From assembly GCF_053078305.1 (NCBI RefSeq), contig NZ_CP166879.1: a stretch of 64,000 bases of DNA; one strand, 5' to 3'. Each line of letters begins with the position of its first letter. The first letter of the stretch is position 1. Shown here piece by piece: positions 21,490 to 30,712 of this stretch. The notes below the pieces were generated by a model. The model had not been told where the DNA came from. It ran no database searches and saw only the letters and a list, made by a program, of their open reading frames with translations. The translations under genes were made by a program, and so were the position numbers.

Positions 21490-22487
21490 TGGAGCGTAAA
21501 GGGATTATCGCCGCAGGCAATATGTTGGTTGACCACGTCCATCAGATTATCCAGTGGCCAGAGCGCGGCTGGCTGGCGGAGATCACCCACAGCGAACGCT
21601 CCACCGGCGGTGCGCCGCTTAACGTCCTGCTGACGCTGGCGAAAATGCGCACCGGGCTGCCGTTACAGGCGGTTGGGCTAATCGGTCAGGACAGCGACGG
21701 CGATTACATCATGGCGATGCTTGAGCAATATCACGTCAATCGTCAGCATGTGCAGCGCACTACCTTTGCCCCGACGTCGATGTCGCAGGTGATGACAGAC
21801 CCAAGCGGGCAGCGGACGTTTTTCCATTCGCCGGGTGCAAACAGACTTTTGGATCTTCCGGCGTTCGATCAGCTCGATAACACCATGAAGATTTTCCATC
21901 TCGGCTATTTACTGTTGCTCGACAGCCTGGATATGCCGGACGATGTTTACGGCACCCGTAGCGCACGCCTGCTGGCGCAAATGCGTGATACTGGCTTTGA
22001 AACCTCACTCGACCTGGTCTCCCGTAAGGGCGATCCGCGTTATCAGCCGCTGGTGCTGCCCGCGTTGCGCCATCTGGATTATCTGGTAATTAACGAACTG
22101 GAGGCCGGGGAGTTTAGCGGGCTGGAAATTCGGTTACCCAACGGCGAACCGCATATCGCGCATATTGCTGCCGCCGCGCGTGAACTGTTAGATGCGGGCG
22201 TGCGCCAGCGGGTGGTGATCCACTGCCCGGAAGGGGCGTGGGGAGAGACCCCAGAACAGGGCGGCGTGTGGATCCCTTCGCAAAAGTTAGAACAACGGGA
22301 AATTATCGGCAGCGTCGGCGCGGGCGATGCATTTTGTGCCGGATTTTTATATGGCTGCCATGAACGCTGGACGCTTACCGAGAGCATCAAACTGGCACAC
22401 GCCTGCGCGCGGGCAAGCCTGTTATGCGCCAATGCCATCGACGGGGCGAAAACGCTGGAAGAGCTGCAAACAGAAATGTCGGATTAA
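21486..22487 (+). CDS. PfkB-family carbohydrate kinase
   Basis: 333 aa; GG dipeptide (STGGAP) and C-terminal PfkB signature GSVGAGDAFCAGF; start overlaps aldolase stop (ATGA). Confidence 0.8.
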   Translation: MMERKGIIAAGNMLVDHVHQIIQWPERGWLAEITHSERSTGGAPLNVLLTLAKMRTGLPLQAVGLIGQDSDGDYIMAMLEQYHVNRQHVQRTTFAPTSMSQVMTDPSGQRTFFHSPGANRLLDLPAFDQLDNTMKIFHLGYLLLLDSLDMPDDVYGTRSARLLAQMRDTGFETSLDLVSRKGDPRYQPLVLPALRHLDYLVINELEAGEFSGLEIRLPNGEPHIAHIAAAARELLDAGVRQRVVIHCPEGAWGETPEQGGVWIPSQKLEQREIIGSVGAGDAFCAGFLYGCHERWTLTESIKLAHACARASLLCANAIDGAKTLEELQTEMSD

Positions 22488-23191
22488 TGCACGTCGGCAG
22501 CGAAGACATACCCCAGACCGCGCAGAGTTTTAATCAACATCGGCTGATGCGGGTTGAGTTCGATTTTGCGTCGTAAGCGCATGATTAATACGTCGATGGT
22601 GCGATCAAACACCTCCACGCTGTCGCTGTGGGTGAACGCCAGCAACTGCTCGCGGCTCAATACCCGACGCGCGTTTTGCGCCAGAGCCAGTAACAAGCCA
22701 TATTCGCCCTGAGTTAACTCGACATGTTGCTGAAGCGGATTGTGCAACTGGCAGCGCATGGTATCGAGATACCAGCCATTGAATGACAGCCCGGCGCTTT
22801 TCTCGTCATTAACCGCCAGCGCACCAACCCGTCGCAACACCGCTTTCAGTCGTGCGACCACCACCCGCGGGGTGAACGGTTTGCAGATGTAATCATCCGC
22901 GCCCATTTCCAGCCCGACCACCACATCAGACTCACTGCCCATGCCGGTCAACATCACCACCGGCAATGTCGGACGCAGTTTCTGGATTTGCTGCAATACC
23001 CTCAGGCCGTTGGTATCGGGTAGCATCATATCCAGCACCACCAGCGCAATGTCAGGATCGCCCTCAATACGCAATATGGCCTCCTGTCCGGTATGGCAGA
23101 CTGAAACCGTAAAGACATGTTCACTTAACACGTCCTGCAACAGTGCGCAGATAGCCGTGTCATCATCCACCACCAGCACGACGGGTTTCAT
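22484..23191 (-). CDS. OmpR/PhoB-family response regulator (REC plus winged-helix DNA-binding domain)
   Basis: ATG at 23189-23191 with GGAG 9 nt upstream (alternative ATGs at 23204-23209); VLVVDDD, LDMMLPD, C-terminal LRGLGYVF winged helix. Confidence 0.85.
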   Translation of the reverse strand: MKPVVLVVDDDTAICALLQDVLSEHVFTVSVCHTGQEAILRIEGDPDIALVVLDMMLPDTNGLRVLQQIQKLRPTLPVVMLTGMGSESDVVVGLEMGADDYICKPFTPRVVVARLKAVLRRVGALAVNDEKSAGLSFNGWYLDTMRCQLHNPLQQHVELTQGEYGLLLALAQNARRVLSREQLLAFTHSDSVEVFDRTIDVLIMRLRRKIELNPHQPMLIKTLRGLGYVFAADVH

Positions 23192-23481
23192 GGTTACACT
23201 CCGCATCATTCATCTGATTAATCATTGTGCGTACTTCTTGTCGAAGTGAAAGCTGAAAGTAATATAAATAATAAAAATATAAGTCAGGTCACATTATTGA
23301 TGATAGTAATAAATATGCCGTACTTTTCCCTCTTCAGCACAAATGCCTAATAAAATGGATCGTTCCGCTCACACTTCCACTTATTAAAGTCGCAATTTCC
23401 CAATTATGATAACGCCAGCTTTAAATGACGTATTTTGCATGGATTACATATTTACGACATAAATGATAAATGGAGATTTAT

Positions 23482-25467
23482 ATGAATAACTCTCGGTTAT
23501 TCCGTTTGAGCAGGATTGTTATTGCGTTAACCGCCGTCAGCGGCATGATGGTAAATACCGCTAACGCGAAAGAGGAAGCGAAAGCCGCCACTCAATATAC
23601 CCAACAGGTTAATCAGAATTACGCCAAATCATTACCGTTTAGCGATCGTCAGGATTTTGACGATGCCCAGCGTGGATTTATCGCCCCGCTGCTGGATGAA
23701 GGTATTCTGCGTGATGCGAACGGTAAAGTTTACTACCGCGCAGACGATTACAAATTTGATATTAATGCCGCTGCGCCGGAAACCGTAAACCCCAGCCTGT
23801 GGCGTCAGTCGCAGATCAACGGCATATCTGGCCTGTTCAAAGTCACCGATAAAATGTATCAGGTGCGCGGCCAGGATATCTCTAACATTACGTTCGTTGA
23901 GGGCGAGAAAGGCATTATTGTCATCGACCCGCTGGTGACGCCGCCTGCCGCAAAAGCCGCACTTGACCTTTACTTCCAGCATCGTCCGCAAAAACCGATT
24001 GTTGCCGTTATCTACACTCACAGCCACACCGACCACTATGGTGGCGTGAAAGGCATTATCTCTGAAGCCGATGTTAAATCCGGCAAAGTTCAGGTGATTG
24101 CCCCTGCTGGCTTTATGGACGAAGCCATCAGCGAAAACGTGCTGGCGGGTAACATCATGAGCCGCCGTGCGCTCTACTCTTACGGTCTGTTACTGCCGCA
24201 CAACGCGCAAGGCAACGTGGGTAATGGCCTTGGCGTGACGCTGGCAACGGGCGACCCGAGCATTATTGCACCGACTAAAACTATCGTCAGAACTGGCGAG
24301 AAGATGATTATCGACGGCCTGGAGTTTGACTTCCTGATGACCCCAGGCAGCGAAGCCCCAGCCGAAATGCACTTCTATATTCCGGCCCTGAAAGCCCTGT
24401 GTACCGCCGAGAACGCCACGCATACCCTGCACAACTTCTACACTCTGCGCGGCGCGAAAACCCGCGATACCAGCAAGTGGACAGAGTACCTGAACGAAAC
24501 GCTGGATATGTGGGGTAACGACGCGGAAGTACTGTTTATGCCGCACACCTGGCCGGTCTGGGGCAATAAGCATATCAATGATTATATTGGTAAATATCGC
24601 GATACCATCAAGTATATTCACGATCAAACCCTGCATCTGGCGAACCAGGGCTACACCATGAATGAAATCGGCGACATGATTAAGCTGCCGCCTGCGCTTG
24701 CCAATAACTGGGCCAGCCGCGGTTATTACGGTTCTGTCAGCCACAACGCCCGCGCGGTGTATAACTTCTATCTTGGCTATTACGACGGTAACCCGGCTAA
24801 CCTGCATCCGTATGGTCAGGTAGAGATGGGCAAACGTTACGTGAAAGCGCTGGGCGGTTCTGCCCGTGTCATCAACCTGGCGCAAGAAGCGAACAAGCAA
24901 GGTGATTACCGCTGGTCGGCAGAACTGCTGAAACAGGTGATTGCCGCCAACCCGGGTGACCAGGTCGCGAAGAATCTGCAAGCGAATAACTTTGAACAGC
25001 TGGGCTATCAGGCCGAGTCCGCCACATGGCGCGGTTTCTACCTGACCGGCGCGAAAGAGCTGCGCGAAGGGGTGCATAAGTTCAGCCACGGCACCACCGG
25101 TTCCCCGGACACCATTCGCGGAATGTCGGTCGAAATGCTGTTCGACTTTATGTCCGTTCGCCTCGATAGCGAAAAAGCCGCGGGTAAAAATATCAGCCTG
25201 AACTTCAATATGAGCAACGGCGATAACCTCAACCTGACGCTGAACGATAGCGTGCTTAACTACCGTAAAACGCTGCAATCCCAAGCTGACGCCTCTTTCT
25301 ACATCAGTCGTGAAGATCTGCACGCCGTGCTGACCGGACAAGCCAAAATGGCGGATCTGGTAAAAGCGAAGAAAGCCAAAATTATTGGCAATGGTGCGAA
25401 ACTGGAAGAAATTATTGCCTGTCTGGATAATTTCGATTTGTGGGTAAATATCGTAACCCCAAATTAA
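23482..25467 (+). CDS. yjcS: Alkyl/aryl sulfatase YjcS (metallo-beta-lactamase fold, secreted)
   Basis: ATG at 23482 with GGAG upstream; signal peptide; HSHTDHYGG metal motif; about 661 aa. Confidence 0.85.
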   Translation: MNNSRLFRLSRIVIALTAVSGMMVNTANAKEEAKAATQYTQQVNQNYAKSLPFSDRQDFDDAQRGFIAPLLDEGILRDANGKVYYRADDYKFDINAAAPETVNPSLWRQSQINGISGLFKVTDKMYQVRGQDISNITFVEGEKGIIVIDPLVTPPAAKAALDLYFQHRPQKPIVAVIYTHSHTDHYGGVKGIISEADVKSGKVQVIAPAGFMDEAISENVLAGNIMSRRALYSYGLLLPHNAQGNVGNGLGVTLATGDPSIIAPTKTIVRTGEKMIIDGLEFDFLMTPGSEAPAEMHFYIPALKALCTAENATHTLHNFYTLRGAKTRDTSKWTEYLNETLDMWGNDAEVLFMPHTWPVWGNKHINDYIGKYRDTIKYIHDQTLHLANQGYTMNEIGDMIKLPPALANNWASRGYYGSVSHNARAVYNFYLGYYDGNPANLHPYGQVEMGKRYVKALGGSARVINLAQEANKQGDYRWSAELLKQVIAANPGDQVAKNLQANNFEQLGYQAESATWRGFYLTGAKELREGVHKFSHGTTGSPDTIRGMSVEMLFDFMSVRLDSEKAAGKNISLNFNMSNGDNLNLTLNDSVLNYRKTLQSQADASFYISREDLHAVLTGQAKMADLVKAKKAKIIGNGAKLEEIIACLDNFDLWVNIVTPN

Positions 25468-25476
25468 TGCCACTCA

Positions 25477-25506
25477 CTTTTGGGGGCGCTTAAGCCCCCA
25501 AAAGCA
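25477..25506. terminator. Candidate intrinsic terminator after yjcS
   Basis: Hairpin tttgggggcgcttaagcccccaaa followed by an A/T-rich tract. Confidence 0.45.
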
Positions 25507-25675
25507 TTTACTTTAAAAATATATGCAGCCAATTAATAAATAAAACATATAAGTTATGAATGCGGTGGCTGAATAAAGCTATTTTTATTCATCAAGAAAA
25601 TAGCCATACTGACGCCTTCAATGGATAGTGATATTCACTACAGATATTGTTCGCAGCAGACAGGATGTATTTAAT

Positions 25676-25951
25676 ATGCCAACAGTTCTCTCTCGCATGG
25701 CGATGCAACTCAAAAAAACAGCCTGGATAATTCCCGTCTTCATGGTTTCGGGATGTTCATTATCTCCGGCAATCCCGGTGATCGGCGCTTATTATCCCAG
25801 CTGGTTTTTCTGCGCCATTGCCAGCCTTATTTTGACGCTCATCACGAGGCGAATTATTCAGCGGACAAATATCAATCTGGCATTTGTCGGAATTATTTAT
25901 ACCGCCCTTTTTGCTCTCTACGCCATGCTGTTCTGGCTGGCATTTTTCTAA
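25676..25951 (+). CDS. ytcA: Small lipoprotein YtcA
   Basis: ATG at 25676 (MPTVLSRMAM); lipobox VSGC; about 91 aa; immediately upstream of mdtN. Confidence 0.7.
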   Translation: MPTVLSRMAMQLKKTAWIIPVFMVSGCSLSPAIPVIGAYYPSWFFCAIASLILTLITRRIIQRTNINLAFVGIIYTALFALYAMLFWLAFF

Positions 25952-25969
25952 TCTATTTGAGACGCGCTC

Positions 25970-27001
25970 ATGGAAAGTACGCCGAAAAAAGCTCCTCGCA
26001 GTAAATTCCCTGCTCTGTTAGTGGTTGCGTTGGCGCTGGTTGCCCTTGTTTTCGTTATCTGGCGCGTAGACAGTGCGCCATCAACTAATGACGCTTACGC
26101 GTCAGCAGATACCATTGATGTGGTGCCGGAAGTCAGCGGCCGCATTGTAGAACTGGCGGTCACCGACAACCAGGCGGTGAAACAGGGAGATTTGCTGTTC
26201 CGCATCGACCCGCGCCCGTACGAAGCCAATCTGGCGAAAGCTGAAGCCTCCCTCGCGGCACTGGATAAGCAAATTATGCTCACCCAGCGTAGCGTTGACG
26301 CGCAACAGTTTGGTGCCGACTCGGTTAATGCCACGGTAGAAAAAGCCCGTGCTGCCGCGAAACAGGCCAGCGATACATTACGTCGCACCGAGCCGCTGCT
26401 GAAAGAAGGTTTTGTTTCTGCAGAAGATGTTGACCGCGCAAGAACGGCGCAGCGCGCGGCAGAAGCCGATCTTAATGCCGTATTGTTACAGGCACAGTCA
26501 GCCGCCAGCGCCGTCAGCGGCGTCGATGCACTGGTGGCGCAACGTGCGGCGGTCGAAGCGGATATTGCCCTGACCAAACTGCATCTGGAAATGGCGACCG
26601 TTCGCGCGCCGTTTGATGGCCGGGTCATTTCCCTCAAAACCTCCGTCGGGCAATTTGCTTCTGCCATGCGCCCTATTTTTACCCTAATCGACACTCGTCA
26701 CTGGTACGTTATCGCTAACTTCCGCGAAACCGATCTGAAAAATATTCGCTCAGGTACACCCGCAACGATTCGCCTGATGAGTGACAGCGGCAAAACCTTC
26801 GAGGGTAAAGTGGATTCGATTGGCTACGGCGTGCTACCGGATGACGGCGGCCTGGTGCTGGGCGGCCTGCCGAAAGTGTCACGGTCTATTAACTGGGTCC
26901 GCGTTGCACAGCGTTTTCCGGTCAAAATCATGGTCGATAAACCTGACCCGGAAATGTTCCGCATCGGCGCTTCGGCAGTCGCTAATCTTGAGCCGCAATA
27001 A
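25970..27001 (+). CDS. mdtN: Efflux membrane fusion protein MdtN (HlyD family)
   Basis: 343 aa; N-terminal TM anchor, coiled-coil region; operon with mdtO and mdtP. Confidence 0.9.
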   Translation: MESTPKKAPRSKFPALLVVALALVALVFVIWRVDSAPSTNDAYASADTIDVVPEVSGRIVELAVTDNQAVKQGDLLFRIDPRPYEANLAKAEASLAALDKQIMLTQRSVDAQQFGADSVNATVEKARAAAKQASDTLRRTEPLLKEGFVSAEDVDRARTAQRAAEADLNAVLLQAQSAASAVSGVDALVAQRAAVEADIALTKLHLEMATVRAPFDGRVISLKTSVGQFASAMRPIFTLIDTRHWYVIANFRETDLKNIRSGTPATIRLMSDSGKTFEGKVDSIGYGVLPDDGGLVLGGLPKVSRSINWVRVAQRFPVKIMVDKPDPEMFRIGASAVANLEPQ

Positions 27002-29052
27002 TGAGCGCGCTCAACTCCCTGCCATTACCGGTGGTCAGGCTGCTGGCGTTCTTTCATGAAGAGTTAAGCGAGCGGCGACCAGGCCGCGTGCCGCAGACCG
27101 TGCAACTCTGGGTAGGCTGCCTGCTGGTGATTCTGATCTCGATGACTTTTGAGATCCCTTTTGTGGCATTATCGCTGGCAGTGCTGTTTTACGGTATTCA
27201 GTCGAACGCGTTTTACACCAAATTTGTCGCGATCTTGTTTGTGGTTGCCACGGTGCTGGAGATCGGCAGCCTGTTTTTGATCTACAAATGGTCATACGGC
27301 GAACCGTTGATCCGATTGATCATCGCCGGACCGATCCTGATGGGCTGCATGTTTTTGATGCGCACCCATCGCTTGGGGCTGGTCTTTTTCGCCGTCGCCA
27401 TTGTCGCTATTTACGGGCAAACCTTCCCCGCCATGCTCGACTATCCAGAAGTGGTCGTGCGCTTAACGCTGTGGTGTATCGTTGTTGGCCTCTATCCAAC
27501 CTTGCTGATGACGTTAATCGGCGTGCTGTGGTTTCCCAGTCGTGCCATTTCGCAAATGCATCAGGCGCTTAATGATCGGCTTGATGATGCCATTAGCCAC
27601 CTGACGGACAGCCTCGCACCGCTACCCGAAACGCGGATTGAAAGAGAGGCGCTGGCGCTGCAAAAACTCAATGTCTTTTGCCTCGCGGACGATGCCAACT
27701 GGCGAACTCAAAGCGCATGGTGGCAAAGCTGCGTGGCAACGGTAACCTACATTTACTCGACGCTGAATCGCTACGATCCCACCTCTTTTGCTGATTCTCA
27801 GGCAATTATTGAACTCCGACAAAAATTAGCTTCAGAAATCAACAAGCTGCAGCATGCCATTACCGAAGGTCAGTGCTGGCAAAGCGACTGGCAGATCAGT
27901 GAAAGTGAAGCGATGGCGGCACGGGAATGTAACCTGGAGAATATCTGCCAGACGCTGTTACAACTGGGTCAGATGGACCCGAATACGCCGCCAACGCCCG
28001 CCGCCAAACCGCCATCAATGGTCGCCGATGCTTTTACCAATCCAGACTATATGCGCTACGCGGTAAAAACGCTGCTCGCCTGTTTGATCTGTTACACCTT
28101 CTACAGCGGCGTGGACTGGGAAGGCATTCATACCTGTATGCTGACCTGCGTGATCGTCGCTAATCCAAATGTCGGTTCGTCGTACCAGAAGATGGTGCTG
28201 CGTTTTGGCGGGGCCTTTTGCGGCGCGATTCTGGCGCTGTTATTCACGCTACTGGTCATGCCCTGGCTGGACAATATTGTCGAATTGCTGTTTGTGCTGG
28301 CACCGATTTTCCTGTTGGGCGCATGGATTGCCACCAGCTCTGAACGCTCTTCTTATATCGGCACACAGATGGTGGTCACCTTCGCGCTCGCCACGCTCGA
28401 AAACGTTTTTGGTCCGGTGTACGACCTGGTGGAAATTCGCGATCGCGCCCTGGGTATCATCATTGGTACCGTGGTGTCCGCGGTGATTTACACCTTTGTC
28501 TGGCCTGAAAGTGAAGCGCGCACGCTGCCGCAAAAACTGGCCGGTGCGCTGGGTATGTTAAGTAAAGTAATGCGGATCCCACGCCAGCAGGAAGTCACGG
28601 CTCTGCGCACTTATCTGCAAATTCGTATAGGTCTGCATGCGGCGTTTAATGCCTGTGAAGAGATGTGCCAACGCGTGGCGCTGGAGCGTCAACTGGACAG
28701 CGAAGAACGCGCCTTACTGATTGAACGTTCGCAAACGGTTATTCGTCAGGGCCGCGATCTTCTTCACGCCTGGGATGCCACCTGGAACTCGGCGCAGGCG
28801 CTGGATAACGCACTACAGCCGGACAGAGCAGGTCAGTTTGCCGACGCCCTGGAAAAATACGCTGCCGGTCTGGCAACCGCACTCAGCCGTTCTCCTCAAA
28901 TAACGCTTGAAGAGACACCCGCCTCGCAGGCCATCCTGCCCACCTTATTAAAACAGGAGCAACACGTCTGCCAGCTTTTCACCCGCTTGCCAGACTGGAC
29001 AGCCCCGGCATTAACGCCCGCCACGGAACAGGCACAAGGAGCCACGCAATGA
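27001..29052 (+). CDS. mdtO: Efflux inner-membrane component MdtO (FUSC/aromatic acid exporter-like)
   Basis: 683 aa; multiple TM segments; start overlaps mdtN stop. Confidence 0.9.
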   Translation: MSALNSLPLPVVRLLAFFHEELSERRPGRVPQTVQLWVGCLLVILISMTFEIPFVALSLAVLFYGIQSNAFYTKFVAILFVVATVLEIGSLFLIYKWSYGEPLIRLIIAGPILMGCMFLMRTHRLGLVFFAVAIVAIYGQTFPAMLDYPEVVVRLTLWCIVVGLYPTLLMTLIGVLWFPSRAISQMHQALNDRLDDAISHLTDSLAPLPETRIEREALALQKLNVFCLADDANWRTQSAWWQSCVATVTYIYSTLNRYDPTSFADSQAIIELRQKLASEINKLQHAITEGQCWQSDWQISESEAMAARECNLENICQTLLQLGQMDPNTPPTPAAKPPSMVADAFTNPDYMRYAVKTLLACLICYTFYSGVDWEGIHTCMLTCVIVANPNVGSSYQKMVLRFGGAFCGAILALLFTLLVMPWLDNIVELLFVLAPIFLLGAWIATSSERSSYIGTQMVVTFALATLENVFGPVYDLVEIRDRALGIIIGTVVSAVIYTFVWPESEARTLPQKLAGALGMLSKVMRIPRQQEVTALRTYLQIRIGLHAAFNACEEMCQRVALERQLDSEERALLIERSQTVIRQGRDLLHAWDATWNSAQALDNALQPDRAGQFADALEKYAAGLATALSRSPQITLEETPASQAILPTLLKQEQHVCQLFTRLPDWTAPALTPATEQAQGATQ

Positions 29053-30515
29053 TCAATCGTCAACTTTCACGTCTGCTGTTGTGCAGCATTCTCGGCAGCA
29101 CGACGCTGATTTCCGGCTGTGCCCTGGTACGCAAGGATTCTGCGCCTCATCAACAGCTCAAACCGGAACAAATCAAACTGGCCGATGATATTCATCTTGC
29201 CAGCTCCGGCTGGCCGCAGGCGCAGTGGTGGAAACAACTCAATGACCCGCAGTTGGATGCCCTGATCCAACGGACGCTAAGTGGTTCACACACCCTCGCC
29301 GAAGCGAAACTGCGGGAAGAAAAAGCGCAATCGCAGGCCGATTTGTTAGATGCCGGTTCACAGTTGCAGGTGGCAGCGTTAGGGATGCTTAACCGCCAAC
29401 GTGTCTCGGCGAACGGCTTTTTAAGCCCTTATGCGATGGATGCGCCAGCACTGGGTATGGACGGGCCGTACTATACGGAAGCCACAGTAGGTTTGTTTGC
29501 CGGACTGGATCTTGATTTGTGGGGTGTGCATCGCTCAGCGGTTGCCGCCGCCATTGGCGCGCATAATGCCGCGCTGGCAGAAACCGCAGCAGTAGAGCTA
29601 TCGCTGACCACGGGCGTAGCGCAGCTTTATTACAGTATGCAGGCCAGCTATCAGATGCTCGATCTGTTAGAACAAACTCGCGATGTGATTGATTACGCGG
29701 TAAAAGCGCACCAGAGTAAAGTGGCACACGGTCTGGAAGCGCAAGTGCCTTTCCACGGCGCGCGGGCACAGATTCTGGCGGTCGATAAACAAATTGCTGC
29801 CGTCAAAGGGCAAATCACCGAAACGCGAGAATCTCTGCGTGCATTGATTGGCGCGGGAGCCAGCGATATGCCGGAGATCAAACCGGTGGCATTACCGCAA
29901 GTCCAGACTGGCATTCCGGCGACACTCTCTTATGAGTTGCTCGCCAGACGCCCGGATCTGCAAGCCATGCGCTGGTATGTTCAGGCGTCATTAGATCAGG
30001 TGGATTCCGCGCGGGCGTTGTTCTACCCGAGCTTTGATATCAAAGCGTTTTTCGGCCTTGATGCCATCCACCTGGATACCTTATTCAAAAAAACCAGTCG
30101 CCAGTTCAACTTCATCCCGGGTCTGAAATTGCCGCTGTTTGACGGTGGACGGTTGAATGCCAATCTCGAAGGTACGCGCGCCGCCAGCAACATGATGATT
30201 GAACGTTACAACCAGTCAGTACTGAACGCGGTGCGTGACGTTGCCGTCAACGGCACGCGTCTGCAAACGCTCAACGACGAGCGAGAAATGCAGGCTGAAC
30301 GCGTGGAAGCAACGCGCTTCACCCAGCGCGCAGCCGAGGCCGCCTATCAACGCGGCTTAACCAGCCGCTTACAGGCTACCGAAGCCCGGTTGCCAGTGCT
30401 TGCCGAAGAGATGTCATTACTGATGCTGGACAGCCGCCGGGTGATCCAAAGCATTCAGTTGATGAAATCGCTGGGCGGCGGGTATCAGGCGGCTCCCGTC
30501 GTCGAGAAAAAATAA
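29049..30515 (+). CDS. mdtP: Outer membrane efflux factor MdtP (TolC/OprM family lipoprotein)
   Basis: 488 aa; lipobox LISGC; start overlaps mdtO stop. Confidence 0.9.
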   Translation: MINRQLSRLLLCSILGSTTLISGCALVRKDSAPHQQLKPEQIKLADDIHLASSGWPQAQWWKQLNDPQLDALIQRTLSGSHTLAEAKLREEKAQSQADLLDAGSQLQVAALGMLNRQRVSANGFLSPYAMDAPALGMDGPYYTEATVGLFAGLDLDLWGVHRSAVAAAIGAHNAALAETAAVELSLTTGVAQLYYSMQASYQMLDLLEQTRDVIDYAVKAHQSKVAHGLEAQVPFHGARAQILAVDKQIAAVKGQITETRESLRALIGAGASDMPEIKPVALPQVQTGIPATLSYELLARRPDLQAMRWYVQASLDQVDSARALFYPSFDIKAFFGLDAIHLDTLFKKTSRQFNFIPGLKLPLFDGGRLNANLEGTRAASNMMIERYNQSVLNAVRDVAVNGTRLQTLNDEREMQAERVEATRFTQRAAEAAYQRGLTSRLQATEARLPVLAEEMSLLMLDSRRVIQSIQLMKSLGGGYQAAPVVEKK

Positions 30516-30537
30516 AATGTCTGCCGCGTGATGGCTG

Positions 30538-30600
30538 TCACGCGGTATTTCGTTTCGTCACGTCAAAACTGACGACAGCCTGTTTTTCGTCAGAGTTTTG
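30538..30600 (+). promoter_or_regulatory. Candidate FhlA upstream activating sequence for fdhF
   Basis: Repeated TCGTCACG / TGACGACA elements about 110-170 bp upstream of the fdhF ATG; overlaps a hairpin that may also terminate mdtP. Confidence 0.4.
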
Positions 30601-30644
30601 AATAAATAGTGCCCGTAATATCAGGGAATGACCCCAAATAAAAT

Positions 30645-30662
30645 GTGGCATAAAAGATGCAT
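30645..30662 (+). promoter_or_regulatory. Sigma54 (-24/-12) promoter of fdhF
   Basis: TGGCATAAAAGATGCA, with the GG and GC dinucleotides separated by 10 nt, about 50 bp upstream of the fdhF ATG. Confidence 0.6.
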
Positions 30663-30712
30663 ACTGTAGTCGAGAGCGCGTATGCGTGATTTGATTAACT
30701 GGAGCGAGACCG

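Noticed and set aside
14050-23191. The sugar island as a classical mobile genomic island, prophage or integrative element
   Set aside because: No integrase, transposase, IS fragment, tRNA attachment site or flanking direct repeats are visible, and GC content looks host-like; more consistent with an ancient alternative locus exchanged by homologous recombination
24190-25473. 427-aa minus-strand ORF overlapping yjcS
   Set aside because: Antisense to yjcS, whose sense frame carries a signal peptide and the HSHTDHYGG metallo-beta-lactamase motif; the antisense product has no recognisable features
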